The position numbers were made by a program, and so were the translations under genes. Below, piece by piece: positions 1 through 12,045 of a DNA stretch of 64,000 nucleotides. Location of the stretch: the NCBI GenBank assembly GCA_051530055.1, contig CM121342.1, forward strand, positions 6,613,749-6,677,748. Direction: 5' to 3'. Under the pieces are notes generated by a model, which worked only from the letters and a program-made list of their open reading frames with translations, made no database searches and was not told the origin of the DNA. Positions within the stretch are counted from its first letter, which is position 1, and every line of letters starts with the position of its first letter. This stretch comes from Neoechinorhynchus agilis (lineage: Eukaryota; Animalia; Acanthocephala).

Positions 1-2752
1 TCCATTCAATCTTTTCCCTTAACGTTCCGCGGAGTATCGTGGATAGCATTTGTAAAAAGTCACTAAATACAACAGTGCCCTGCTTTTCCTTATTGATAGA
101 ATTAAGAATATATGCCGCAAACGCTTGGCTATCTTAAAGAGCGATCTTGCTTTAATATTAAACTATCTAAAGAAACTTACTTCCATGAGGAAATATTCGT
201 CCAAATAAACCAGAAAGCTGCTCTTTATCGGCGTATCCCTTAGGAAATTCCTATAATGTTTCAATCAAGAAAATCTTTAACTTATTCTTTCAACAAAACG
301 AACTCTGTACGCGTATTTGAGTGGATTAATTTTTTTTGAAATTATTGATCTTTACGAACGACTTTTTTTTCGTCTCATGACTTTCAAATAAGAAAAATAA
401 TTTTAAATAAAAAAACGCAAGAGCTTATTTAGAAAGTATTTGAATTTTTTATGTTATGGAGGAAATTCGATATTTGGTTACATTCAATGACTTTATCAAA
501 CGCTAAAGTGTTTTATCCACAAGACATATACGAACGACTTTTTTTCGTCTCATGACTTTCAAATAAGAAAAATAATTTTAAATAAAAAAGACGCAAGAGC
601 TTATTTAGAAAGTATTTGAATTTTTTATGTTATGGAGGAAATTCGATATTTGGTTACATTCAATGACCTTTATCAAGACGCTAAAGTGTTTTATCCACAA
701 GACATAAAGTTTCAAATATCGAATTCAATAAAACAAAAATTAAGATATTCTTTTGAAATTCTTTAAATTAGTGATTGATACGAACGACTTTTTTTCGTCT
801 CATGACTTTCAAATAAGAAAAATAATTTTAAATAAAAAAGACGCAAGAGCTTATTTAGAAAGTATTTGAATTTTTTATGTTATGGAGGAAATTCGATATT
901 TGGTTACATTCAATGACCTTTATCAAGACTGCTAAAGTGTTTTATCCACAAGACATAAAGGTTTCCGAAATATCGAATTCAATAAAACAAAAATTAAGAT
1001 ATTCTTTTGAAATTCTTTAAATTAGTGATTGATACGAACGACTTTTTTTCGTCTCATGACTTTCAAATAAGAAAAATAATTTTAAATAAAAAAGACGCAA
1101 GAGCTTATTTAGAAAGTATTTGAATTTTTTATGTTATGGAGGAAATTCGATATTTGGTTACATTCAATGACCTTTATCAAGACGGCTAAAGTGTTTTATC
1201 CACAAGACATAAGGAGTTTCCGAAATATCGAATTCAATAAAACAAAAATTAAGATATTCTTTTGAAATTCTTTAAATTAGTGATTGATACGAACGACTTT
1301 TTTTCGTCTCATGACTTTCAAATAAGAAAAATAATTTTAAATAAAAAAAGACGCAAGAGCTTATTTAGAAAGTATTTGAATTTTTTATGTTATGGAGGAA
1401 ATTCGATATTTGGTTACATTCAATGACCTTTATCAAGACTGCTAAAGTGTTTTATCCACAAGACATAAAGGAGTTTCCGAAATATCGAATTCAATAAAAC
1501 AAAAATTAAGATATTCTTTTGAAATTCTTTAAATGACTTTTACTATACACTTTCATATATATTTAATGGTACGTTGGCGAAAGGCAAGGAAAACCTTGTG
1601 ATTATTTTGGACGGTCTTGTAGCGAGGAAAAAGAAATAAATGCTTTCAAAAAAATTAAAATCTTGTTAATGGCAAGGACACTAAAGTTTCTATTGTTTCT
1701 TTAATTTGGCGACTTTTTGTAGTCGCCGAATATTGAGATGGTTGGCATATTTTGCATTCTTTGCTTTCAGAAACTAAGGAAAACCTTGTGAAATATTTCT
1801 CAAAAATAAATGAGTATCTATAGCACCGGGGACCCCATCTTAAAACTTCTTCAAAAGCAAGCTTCTAAAGGCCATCGAAATAACTCTGAAAGCTTTCTTC
1901 GTTTACAAATAGCTTTAACTTCGTTGTGGGATCATCACTATTTAAAAGCTTTCTCTCTGTATATTTTGCGAGGTTAAAAGTTTCAAACCCGTTTTTCGCA
2001 TCTTTTTTAAAGCTTAAACAAACCGAAATGTTGCCCTGCAACATGATTTTAACATAAATTTCTGTCTTAGATTTTAGGACAGTGAGGGAAAATGTTATCG
2101 GTCTTTGATTTTACGACAAAAAACTGTTTCTAATAATCGACGGTTGAGAAAACCTCATCAACAAGTATTTCTATCTGTACTCCAAAAACGGGGACAGGAT
2201 TCGCCAACGTACAATCAAATTAACCCTGAGGACAATTATATATTCAGTGATTATTCCTTCGAATTTATAAACTTTTTGTTCTTATTATAAGATTTCAATT
2301 TTGATAAGTCTACTTTTTTCATTTTCCGGACGCAATTTTTGTACCAACTCGCAAAACCAACAACAAAAACGTTTAAAGATTGAACTGTTTTTTAGTAGAT
2401 AAGATTAATATACAAAGTTGACGGAAACCGATCGGATTTAACCAAAATTCTTTTAATTTTTCACCGGTATAAACAAAGCTCTTAGATCAAATGAGTTGAA
2501 TCCGGTTAAAAATCACGTATTTTGGCGCAAACTTTCCGGTTCCATTAAACAACTAAAAGCATTGCCAGTAGCGTTTTGTTTCATTAAACGACGTAAATCA
2601 AGATTTGCGATTGTGTGACTTTCAAAAAAAAGGGGCCAACATACTTGTTTAAAGTCTCTATACAGTCTTTTTATCTCTTGTTTGGTGAACTTTGTAGTCT
2701 CCACAAGTTCTCCAAGCTGACAAACTCTTCGTCTGTCCATATCATCGCTCAA
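1..2752 (-). CDS. KCNIP: KChIP / neuronal calcium sensor family EF-hand protein, spliced, 3' part beyond the left edge. Exons: ~2752-2645 (frame stays open upstream to ~2884), 250-181, 132-<1
   Basis: Spliced translation ...LGELVETTKFTKQEIKRLYRDFKQ|EFPKGYADKEQLSGLFGRIFPHG|NSQAFAAYILNSINKEKQGTVVFSDFLQMLSTILRGTLREKIEW follows the KChIP pattern (TxFTKxELxxLYRxFK...FFPHGD...F.DF...LS.LLRGT..EKL.W). GT-AG introns 2644-251 (2394 nt) and 180-133 (48 nt) keep the frame. Confidence 0.85.
354..1533. repeat. Tandem repeat, ~250-255 bp unit, ~4.7 copies, inside the long KChIP intron
   Basis: ACGAACGACTTTTTTTCGTCTCATGAC recurs at 354, 530, 780, 1034 and 1289; the first unit is shortened. Confidence 0.95.
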
Positions 2753-3764
2753 AAGTTGGCATTCATTTTCATTCTTTGGTGAAATCAGGGAATGATTTGA
2801 ATATAAAGACTCACTCGTCCTTGTGGATGGAGCATTTTCACGGCCATTGCGAATCCAGTGCCGACCAAATGTGAAATTCGGCTAGCTGATGCATGAGACA
2901 ATGTTGGTGAAGCTCGATTTAAAGGCTGTTGTAGTGTTTTGGATAAATCTAAACGTTCGTTATTCCATTACAAAGACCGTATAATAACCAATTAATCCAT
3001 ACGAGCACTCATCCTCAAACGAGATTTAGGCATTTCCTTCAGGGACAGAGACGTTTTGTTATTCAGCCAACAAACAAATTTTCCTAGTTAGTGAAAGACT
3101 ACACTTGCAAATGCTTTGACACATTCTAATTGGAACACTGAAGGAACGAAATTTAATTTGCTTTCAATTCAAATCGGAAAAGGCACATTTCAAAATGACA
3201 TGAAAAAACTTTGTACCTTCGTCTGAAATTCGTTTTTTCTCCACAGTTCGACGATACATCTTGTAGATGTGCATAAATATATCTAAAAACATTATTAAAT
3301 ATTTTCGTGACCTAAATCGAAATATAGTTTTTTTATTCGCACACACAAAGTACAAAAATCGTCTGTTGATTTTATACTTAAAAGTGAGCATTATTCTTTT
3401 CTAGGACATAAACCACCGAAATGGCATGTTTTTTTCGGGTGAGGAATAAGACATTAGTTTTTTGGCACTATAACAAAATGTCAAAGAGCACGAAAAACGA
3501 TTTGTACCAACAAAAAGATTTATCTCTGGAGAATAGATGTAACAAACGAAATTTATAGAGCTTCATTCACCTTTTTTTTGCATTTAAAAGATTTCATTCT
3601 GAAATGAGTGTTTTGAAATAAAAATCATACCAGTTCTCTTCTTTTTTTCTATTTGAAAGATTAAAGAACTGGAATGCTGGGACAAATCGCTCGGTTTTTA
3701 ATTATAACGATAAACCCAAAATATCTGATAAAATATGGGAAAAACCGGCAATAGTCTAAAGAAG

Positions 3765-4155
3765 GCCTACGCTAAGGCCGAAAATTCACAACACAAAATC
3801 GAATTTCTAGTTCTTATTTTCTTCACCGTTCCAAAAAAACATTGGATTTGCGACTGATACATTTTAGATAGTCTGAAGACGGCCTCCGAAAATTCACAAC
3901 ACAAAATCGAATTTCTCAGTTCTTATTTTCTTCACCGTTCCAAAAAAACATTGGATTTGCGACTGATACATTTTAGATAGTCTGAAGAAGGCCTCCGAAA
4001 ATTCACAACACAAAATCGAATTTCTCAGTTCTTATTTTCTTCACCGTTCCAAAAAAACATTGGATTTGCGACTGATTCATTTTAGATAGTCTGAAGAAGG
4101 CCTCCGAAAATTCACAACACAAAATCGAATTTCTCAGTTCTTATTTTCTTCACCA
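3765..4155. repeat. Tandem repeat, ~109 bp unit, ~3.5 copies
   Basis: AAAATTCACAACACAAAATCGAATTTC recurs at 3781, 3889, 3998 and 4107. Confidence 0.95.
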
Positions 4156-4699
4156 TATTCAACAAACTATTAAAAATCTATGGATCCACATAATGATCAC
4201 AATAGGACTATATAAAACAATTATGCTTTGCGTCTTTTCTTCGTCTTAAACGAGCATTGAGTAGGCAAAAACACTATAGTCTCGATGAACGAAGCAAAAG
4301 AACTTTACAAAGTCATCAAGGTTCAAGAACAGCATAATTGCTTTTATATTTCGTTGTGAAAACAATGCAAATACGGGAACTTGGTTGCTCTCATTTTCAA
4401 CAATCGAGGTTTACACGACCTAAATTGAGAAAAGTTTCATTTGGGAAACGAACATCAAAATTGGAAAGTTTAATAGGTTTTCGAAGCACTTTATAAATCT
4501 CATCATGAAAGAGCCTGCCTAAAATCTCTTATAAATCAAATTTAAGCGTAGAGTTTGTTGCCTTCGCACTACTTTCCAAAGTACTCAAAAGTGGAAACAA
4601 CCAAGTCTCAGCCATTAGACGAATATACCAAAACGCACATCAATCTCCGAGTTATGTAGACGTTCTTTAGGCCATTAATCACCATGCTTTCTGATAAGT

Positions 4700-5973
4700 G
4701 GAAGATTATTTTATCTAGAAACCCTCAAAAAATTGTCGATATCAATCGGATTTTTGCTCGCTGATTGGTCTAAAAATTGAAATCGTTGTTTTCTGACATA
4801 GAAAAATGATTTGCAAAATTCGATTGATTTCGAATAAACACAATCTCGTGATTTCTATTAAAGTGTTTTTGATTCGTTCATCGGATTTTAAAATAAAATA
4901 ACCAAACAAAATAACCAAACTAAAATTGAACCCCGTTCAATTCCTTCCTCAGTCATTGTTTCAGAGGCAACTAAAAATTTGATTCTCTTCATGATAACAA
5001 AAAAAACAAACAAAAACAACAAAACACATCATTTTTAGATTTTTGCTCGCTGATTGGTCTAAAAATTGAAATCGTTGTTTTCTGACATAGAAAAATGATT
5101 TGCAAAATTCGATTGATTTCGAATAAACACAATCTCTGATTTCTATTAAAGTGTTTTTGATTCGTTCATCGGATTTTAAAAAAAAAAAATAACCAAACTA
5201 AAATTGAACCCCGTTCAATTCGCTTCCTCAGTCATTGTTTTCAGAGGCAACTAAAAATTTGATTCTCTCTATCGATGATTAACTGCAAAAATAGAGACTA
5301 AAGCGAAGTGGCAGATAATTTTATCTGGAAACCCTCAAAAAATTGTCGATATCAATCGGATTTTTGCTCGCTGATTGGTCTAAAAATTGAAATCGTTGTT
5401 TTCTGACATAGAAAAATGATTTGCAAAATTCGATTGATTTCGAATAAACACAATCTCGTGATTTCTATTAAAGTGTTTTTGATTCGTTCATCTGATTTTA
5501 AAATAAAATCACTTTAATTTTTTTACGCCATAAAATAACCAAACTAAAATTGAACCCCGTTCAATTCGCTTCCTCAGTCATTGTTTTCAGAGGCAACTAA
5601 AAATTTGATTCTCTCTATCGATGATTAACTGCAAAAATAGAGACTAAAGCGAAGTGGCAGATAATTTTATCTGGAAACCCTCAAAAAATTGTCGATATCA
5701 ATCGGATTTTTGCTCGCTGATTGGTCTAAAAATTGAAATCGTTGTTTTCTGACATAGAAAAATGATTTGCAAAATTCGATTGATTTCGAATAAACACAAT
5801 CTCGTGATTTCTATTAAAGTGTTTTTGATTCGTTCATCGGATTTTAAAATAAAATAACAAACTAAAATTGAACCCCGTTCAATTCGCTTCCTCAGTCATT
5901 GTTTTCGGAGGCAAATAAAAATTCTGATTTTCTCTGTCAATGATTAAAATTAATGTCATTTCGTTGTTGTTGA
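4700..5973 (+). repeat. Tandem repeat, ~290-345 bp unit, ~4 copies; an inverted copy of the array lies at 57959-58950
   Basis: GATTTTTGCTCGCTGATTGGTCTAAAAATTG recurs at ~4749, 5038, 5359 and 5705. The array ends in a unique tail ATTAATGTCATTTCGTTGTTGTTGA that the inverted copy shares. Confidence 0.92.
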
Positions 5974-6486
5974 TACAATGAATTCGTAATGAATTCGATG
6001 GCATTTTGTTAAAGGTCAAAAATATGCTCTGTGCTTACAGAGTTCCTCCACCCATGCGAAACCAAGATTCTTAGTGTCGTTTGATTGAAAAGACGGAACT
6101 GCCACTCATTTGTGTAAAGAGGCGATGAGTACCCATTAATTGATTATCTATTATTATAAGCGAGGAAATGGAACCGAATTAGCATTTACGGACTAGTACT
6201 TGAAACTCGGTTTCCATATGAGTTTTAAATCGACTAATACTTCAATTATCGGTAAATGAAACGGTTTTACATCGTGGAAAATTTTTGAATTCAATTATAT
6301 TTATCCAGGTTTGGGTTATGTTTTATTAGCCAACCAGAAAATAATCACATGGGTAAATAAAATACTACTTTAACCTGAAATCATTGAGATCTCTTTCAAT
6401 CACTCAGCTGGACTTGGTTGAAGCTCCAGTTTTCGAGAAGTAATTTAAATGTTATGAATCGATTGAGTTCACTACTTCAAAAGTTA

Positions 6487-6664
6487 TTTGTCGATAGGAG
6501 AGATAAATGAAATTAAGAATTTGGTACTCTTCAGCGATTGTTTGTAAGACTCGAATATTTAATAACATTGAGAAAACACATCCACTCGAAGGAACAATTG
6601 GACAGATGGAATACCAAAATATAGTGAAAATATTATTGTTTAGCGCAACAAAATTATCGACAAA
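6487..6664. mobile_element. Degenerate MITE-like remnant with TTTGTCGATA...TATCGACAAA ends
   Basis: The left end TTTGTCGATAGGAGAGATAAATGAAATTAAGA and internal TCTTCAGCGATTGTTT resemble the hairpin element at 29437-29584. 6566-6601 is the reverse complement of the start of the element at 54446. Confidence 0.45.
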
Positions 6665-8236
6665 CTAAAAATGAATTATCTTTTCCAACATCAAAAGTCT
6701 TAGATTTGTTTGAAGAATGAATAGTTCACAATCGATCAAAAGACGAAAAAAGAGTTGGATTTTTGGGAATAAAATCCATATTTCAGACTTGTCTAATGTC
6801 CGGAAATCGTAAACAATCGTTATCTTCACGCAAACACACAACGAGGTGAACTTGGTCCATGTAATTCAATATCCTTGTCATAAAATGACAAAAGATAACT
6901 AGGCCGTGTCATATTCAGAAACTAATTAAAGTTCTAGTGAAGTATAAAAGTCGTTTTTCTAAGAAAAGTGGAGCTAGGAATTATTTTGTACCAGACATGA
7001 AGATATCGAAATGTGCCATTTTGATGATCCTTGTTGGTAAGTGAATCCGATTTGAAAGGTCACTCGGTACAATGATATTTACCATAAGTGTTTATATACT
7101 CTTAGACGAGTCTATGGGCCATATCAGCATTTCCAATCGAGATCTCTCGTTTAGAACTTTTAGAAAGTCAATGCTATCGTTGAATCTTTTAGTTACATTC
7201 AGTTTTGTAGTTGCTTCAAGCAAATGGACAATGAATCATTCTTTAATGTCTATACAAAGTAGGTTCGTTAAGAGAAAAGTGGAATATTTATAATAAAAAT
7301 AGAGTCATTGGATACTCTTCAAAGTAAAGTTTTAAAGGGTAATTCTCTTACCATCACTAAATTGTTTCTTTTTAATCCATTTTCAGTACAAGCGACTGAC
7401 GATACATCATCAGGTCTGTGGTATAACTTTTACAAACATTAAACTAAAAACTCTCATTGCAGCTCCAACAACCTTCTCGACCTCCAATTTAAATTTTACA
7501 ACTATGATTAACATTAAAAATAACAGTCAAGAAGGCTTGAAATCAGGTAAGTTTATAAATAGTTCATTTGTGACAGCCGATTTCACGGAATTAAATTCTT
7601 TGATATAATTAAATTCAAGACAAATTAAGCCCCAAATTTTTATGTAAAATCAAGTCTGATCGATAATTTAAATATAGTTGGGAACGAATTATCGAATAAT
7701 TGATTTTTATTTTGTAGCGTACGTTGAACATCTTTACAAATAAATTTAACTTCAATTTCTATGGCAGAGGAATCAAATGTTAAATGAGTCTCGGAAAATT
7801 GTGCTTATTTAGTCCAATCGCTCAATGATTCGGATTGTTCCGACAAGAAAGGTTCAAAATATGGCAGGATTTTAGCTATATTATCAGCTGTTATTTGTGG
7901 ACTAATAATTTTTGGATACACAATCTGCGCTCTTGTACTTCTTACAAAACGAAGAAGAGGATCATATGGATTTGACACTTGATTTTCATGGAATACAAAA
8001 ATCAAATGGAGATAAAGATTTAAAAAATCATTGCATGTCATTCGAATGAGGGAAACGATTCATCATTACTGATATTCATTTTTAATCAAGTGAATTTTAA
8101 ACACAGCCTTAGAAAATCAATTATGTAAAAATGAATTCGAACAACCAGAGAACTATTAAAAGAACTCTTTGGTTTGGTACCACTTTCATGATTGACAAAA
8201 GTTCGAGCAAACTATTAAATTTTAATTAACAAAAAT

Positions 8237-8692
8237 TCATGCAACTTCTGGCGAAGTGATCACGTCCATTTCTATCGGTTCAATTGGTGGTTGCAACTGA
8301 GTAGGATTTAATCCACGATACCTGAACGATGCTTCGAGAATAAAAAGTATAGCCATACCAATTGCCAATAATCCTGCGATTATAGAATAAGCGCAAGCTT
8401 GGTTTCCAATCGAAGCTATAAGTAGAACACCAACGATCAATACGGAAGCTCCCATGCTTATATTCCATATCGCCAAATATTTCTGATCGCTTGAATTTAG
8501 TCTCATGTTGGATACCATCAAGAATACTGTAATGGCCGTGGATGACATTATGATTCCGTAGTCGAAAAGACGAGTTGCAAAACCGCCATGGTAAAAACAT
8601 TCTTGTGGAACGGAGATGAACAATAGAGTCAATAGACCTGCAATCACCTCCAAAATGTTCATAATCCCAAACAGCTCACGAAAATATGACAT
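8237..8692 (-). CDS. Four-transmembrane MARVEL-like protein (CMTM/MAL/plasmolipin-like), single exon, 151 aa
   Basis: Uninterrupted ATG ORF with four hydrophobic segments, an N-terminal G.L.ILE...G..L-like motif (FGIMNILEVIAGLLTL) and a short polar tail. Confidence 0.6.
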   Translation of the reverse strand: MSYFRELFGIMNILEVIAGLLTLLFISVPQECFYHGGFATRLFDYGIIMSSTAITVFLMVSNMRLNSSDQKYLAIWNISMGASVLIVGVLLIASIGNQACAYSIIAGLLAIGMAILFILEASFRYRGLNPTQLQPPIEPIEMDVITSPEVA

Positions 8693-8802
8693 TTAATGAA
8701 CACTGAACTTTATTGCTTAAGAAATTAATTTTTTTTATTGGATATCGCGTTACCATGGCGCTTTAATCTTTAAATCTTTAAGTAGCACAGCTTTATTTGC
8801 TT

Positions 8803-9990
8803 TAGAATTATTGTTTTTTTAGAAGTCTTCATTCGCGGTAAATAACTTCTTTTTTTCGGTTAAAAGGGTTCATCATCATCATCAGTTTGTTAGTTAGTAA
8901 AGGTTCGCAGAACGTTTGTCGTCGACCTCTCTTGAGTCCGGATCCGTCATCCGCAACTCGGTATCCGTCATCCAGTCCGGATCCGTAATCCAGACCGGAT
9001 CCGTAATCCAGTCCGGATCTGTCATCCACTCTGGATCCGTAATCCAGTCCGGATCCGTAATCCAGTCCGGATCTGTCATCCACTCTGGATCCGTAATCCA
9101 GTCCGGATCTGTCATCCACTCTGGATCCGTAATCCAGTCCGGATCTGTCATCCACTCTGGATCCGTAATCCAGTCCGGATCTGTCATCCACTCTGGATCC
9201 GTCATCCAGTCCGGATCCGTAATCCAGTCCGGATCTGTCATCAACTCGGATCCGTCATCCACTCTGGATCCGTAATCCAGTCCGGATCCGTCATCCACTC
9301 TGGATCCGTAATCCAGTCCGGATCTGTCATCCACTCTGGATCCGTAATCCAGTCCGGATCCGTCATCCACTCTGGATCCGTAATCCAGTCTGGATCCGTA
9401 ATCGAGTCCGAATCCGTCATCCAGTCCGGATCCGCCATCAACTCCGGACCGTCATCCGCTCCCGGTCCGTCATCCAGTCCGGATCCGTAATCGAGTCCGA
9501 ATCCGTCATCCACTCTGGATCCGTCATCTGCTCCGGGTCCGTCATCAACTCGGTATCCGTCATCCACTCTGGATCCGTCATCCAGTCCGGATCCGTAATC
9601 CAGTCCGGATCTGTCATCAACTCGGTATCCGTCATCCACTCTGGATCCGTAATCGAGTCCGAATCCGTCATCCACTCTGGATCCGTCATCGCTCCGGATC
9701 CGTAATCCAGTCCGGATCTGTCATCCACTCTGGATCCGTAATCCAGTCCGGATCCGTCATCCACTCTGGATCCGTAATCCAGTCCGGATCTGTCATCCAC
9801 TTTGGATCCGCCATAAACTCCGGACCGTCATCCGCTCCCGGTCCGTCATCCAGTCTGGATCCGTAATCCAGTCCGAATCCGTCATCCAGTCCGGATCCGT
9901 CATCAACTCTAAAGCTATCACGACGACCCAGAGGTACATGGGTCCTCTTCTTAAACAAAAATAAAACGTAATCTTCTAAACAATAATTCC
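8803..9990. mobile_element. Non-autonomous TIR element carrying an 18-bp minisatellite
   Basis: The left end GAATTATTGTTTTTTAGAAGTCTTCATTCGCGG and right end TCTTCTAAACAATAATTCCAA are inverted repeats. Internal GGTTCATCATCATCATCAGTTTGTTAG is shared with the element at 14059-14260. Confidence 0.65.
8930..9910. repeat. GC-rich 18-bp minisatellite (GGATCCGTAATCCAGTCC / GGATCTGTCATCCACTCT variants), ~54 units
   Basis: Direct 18-bp periodicity with a 36-bp alternating sub-pattern. It explains the overlapping repetitive ORFs on both strands. Confidence 0.95.
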
Positions 9991-10065
9991 AAACCCGAAC
10001 GGACTTTTACCCCTTCCCCCACGACCGAATCCGTAATCAACTCGAAAATCAACAACCACATTCTG

Positions 10066-10255
10066 TGTGTGAGTGGAAAACGGATACTTTTACGATTCCT
10101 CCGAAAAAGTAGTGAAATCAGTGATAAGAAAATAAAACTCTATTGAATTTGAAGAAATCCACGTCTTTTAGAAGTCTTTATTCGCGGTAAATGGCTTTTT
10201 TTCTTCGATTAAAAGCGTTCTACGAACCTCGTCGGCTATTAAGAGACGCTCAAAA
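10066..10255 (+). repeat. Dispersed ~190-bp repeat (second copy at 29994-30181) containing the TIR-family motif
   Basis: Near-identical to 29994-30181; includes TTTAGAAGTCTTTATTCGCGGTAAA and GTTCTACGAACCTCGTCGG, related to the TIR element family. Confidence 0.9.
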
Positions 10256-10346
10256 ACTGATCATAAAGCGCTCCCTCGAACAAATACTTCTAAAAACAAT
10301 AATCATTTAGGCCGGTTCTCACATTTGGACATTATTTCCTTTATTT

Positions 10347-11381
10347 TCAGACACCTTTGTTAATATTGTTGACGAGTTCTTTTGTCTGATCAGACAGTGG
10401 ATTGTTGGTAAGAATTAAACTTACGTTTGGTGGAAATTCTGAAATCAGCTCCTGTTCTATATCAATAATTCCATTTGAGCTTAAATCGAGTATCTGCAAA
10501 GCACTTAATTTGCTGAAGTCAATAGATGAAGTTGTTCTATTTAACACTTTAAAATCCGCTCCAGTGAGTGAGATGGTCGATAAATAGTCCGAAACAAATT
10601 TTGGTATTCTTTTAAGTTGATTTGAAATTATTTTTAAATTTTCAATTGAACCGGTATCTAGTTCTTGTTCATCCTCTGGGCTAACAGAAGCATCATGAAT
10701 TTCCAATGAAACAAGACTTTTTAGCTCGTTTGTTTGATTTATTACATCGACCATTGAACCCAAATATGATAATTTCAAATGTGAGAGTATGCTGCAAGAT
10801 TTGTTGCCAGAAATACAAATAGTAGATATTGGATTGCCAGTAAGATTAAGACTTTGAAGACTCACAAGATCCTTTTTAACAATGAAAGTAAGATTCGTTA
10901 TCTGATTGTAAGAAATATCGAGTCTTCTCAAGTTTTTCATACACTTCACTGAGTCAATAGAAGTGAAGTTATTGTAGGAAGCGTTTAGAACTTGCAAATA
11001 AGGTGAGTTTGAAGATATAGAAAAAACATCCTTAATATGATTTATCGAGATATCCAACTCATTCATCAAATGAGTTCCATTCAATTCAATATTCTCGATT
11101 CCGTTATTACTTAGATGTAGAATTCCAATGTTGTCTGTACGAGGAATGAATTCGTGCTCGGCATCACTGTAACATTTCCTTAATGAAAATTTCTTTAAAT
11201 TAAATAAATACGTTACATTCCTTGGGATTTGAGACATTGACAATCCTTCGATATAAAGTTTGTCCGTGGTTTCATCGCAAACACTCAGTCCAGAGTTATT
11301 GCTCGATAATGTATTTCGGTCAATAATGCAGTCTTTAGCAAAAACTGAGGTAAAAATGAGTAGACCGAAATGAAAGAGCAT
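10347..11381 (-). CDS. Secreted leucine-rich-repeat protein, 344 aa, single ORF
   Basis: Signal-peptide-like start MLFHFGLLIFTSVFA and multiple extracellular-type LRRs (LQVLNASYNNF, LRRLDISYNQI, LQSLNLTGNPI, LQILDLSSNGI, LILTNNPL). Confidence 0.85.
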   Translation of the reverse strand: MLFHFGLLIFTSVFAKDCIIDRNTLSSNNSGLSVCDETTDKLYIEGLSMSQIPRNVTYLFNLKKFSLRKCYSDAEHEFIPRTDNIGILHLSNNGIENIELNGTHLMNELDISINHIKDVFSISSNSPYLQVLNASYNNFTSIDSVKCMKNLRRLDISYNQITNLTFIVKKDLVSLQSLNLTGNPISTICISGNKSCSILSHLKLSYLGSMVDVINQTNELKSLVSLEIHDASVSPEDEQELDTGSIENLKIISNQLKRIPKFVSDYLSTISLTGADFKVLNRTTSSIDFSKLSALQILDLSSNGIIDIEQELISEFPPNVSLILTNNPLSDQTKELVNNINKGV

Positions 11382-11736
11382 GTTTTGAGGATTATAGTCG
11401 ACTTGTGTGTCTTATATAAACTTCTATGTTGTCTTTGAAGGTAAAAATTTAGTCTAAAAGCTGTATTTTTTGAGGCAAAAAACATTTTCTACCTCAATGA
11501 TACACTCTATTATTTTTAAAACTAGGGTTATAATTCGTAGATTTTTATCCAAAACTTAAATTATCAATAAACGTAAAGTTTAGTTTCATGAGATCGTCAA
11601 AAGCGTAATAAAAAAGATTATTATTTTGTGGCCTTTTCACTGCCTCCGATCAAATCCAGGGAAGTGCATAAGAAAAATTATCAGCCGTGATAAAAAAGGC
11701 CACTGAAAAGTTACCGGATGGCAAAACTTCACAAAA

Positions 11737-11920
11737 AAAGATTATCCTTTACCTTTTAAAAGGACAAAGACGGATTCGGACTAATTTTGTTTCTAAATAT
11801 AAAAGCATTTGTTCGACGTTTAATCAATGGCAATTAGAACACGAAGGATGGCATCTAAGGCCGTTGAGGCCGCATTTGCAACCTCCACTCGAATCTAAAA
11901 ACCTCATCTTGGTCCCTTGA
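11737..11920 (-). repeat. Tandem duplicate of the HOIL-1 terminal coding segment plus 3' UTR
   Basis: 11737-11891 is identical to 11959-12113 (155 bp), followed by a degenerate continuation. Confidence 0.9.
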
Positions 11921-12045
11921 ATTGACTATTATAAACGTTTGGTTTTACGAATCCTAATAAAGATTATCCTTTACCTTTTAAAAGGACAAAGACGGATTCG
12001 GACTAATTTTGTTTCTAAATATAAAAGCATTTGTTCGACGTTTAA

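Noticed and set aside
5980-8041. Protein-coding gene(s) between the 310-bp array and the MARVEL-like ORF, including ORFs 7072-7293 and 7805-8041 and small + strand exon-like pieces at 7262-7545
   Set aside because: Splice-like signals exist, but no continuous frame or recognisable domain could be assembled.
8829-9958. Overlapping repetitive ORFs (DDGSGL, MTDPEW and SVIQSG repeats) as real proteins
   Set aside because: They are by-products of a nearly stop-free 18-bp minisatellite; frames switch at 1-nt deletions and the array lies inside TIRs.
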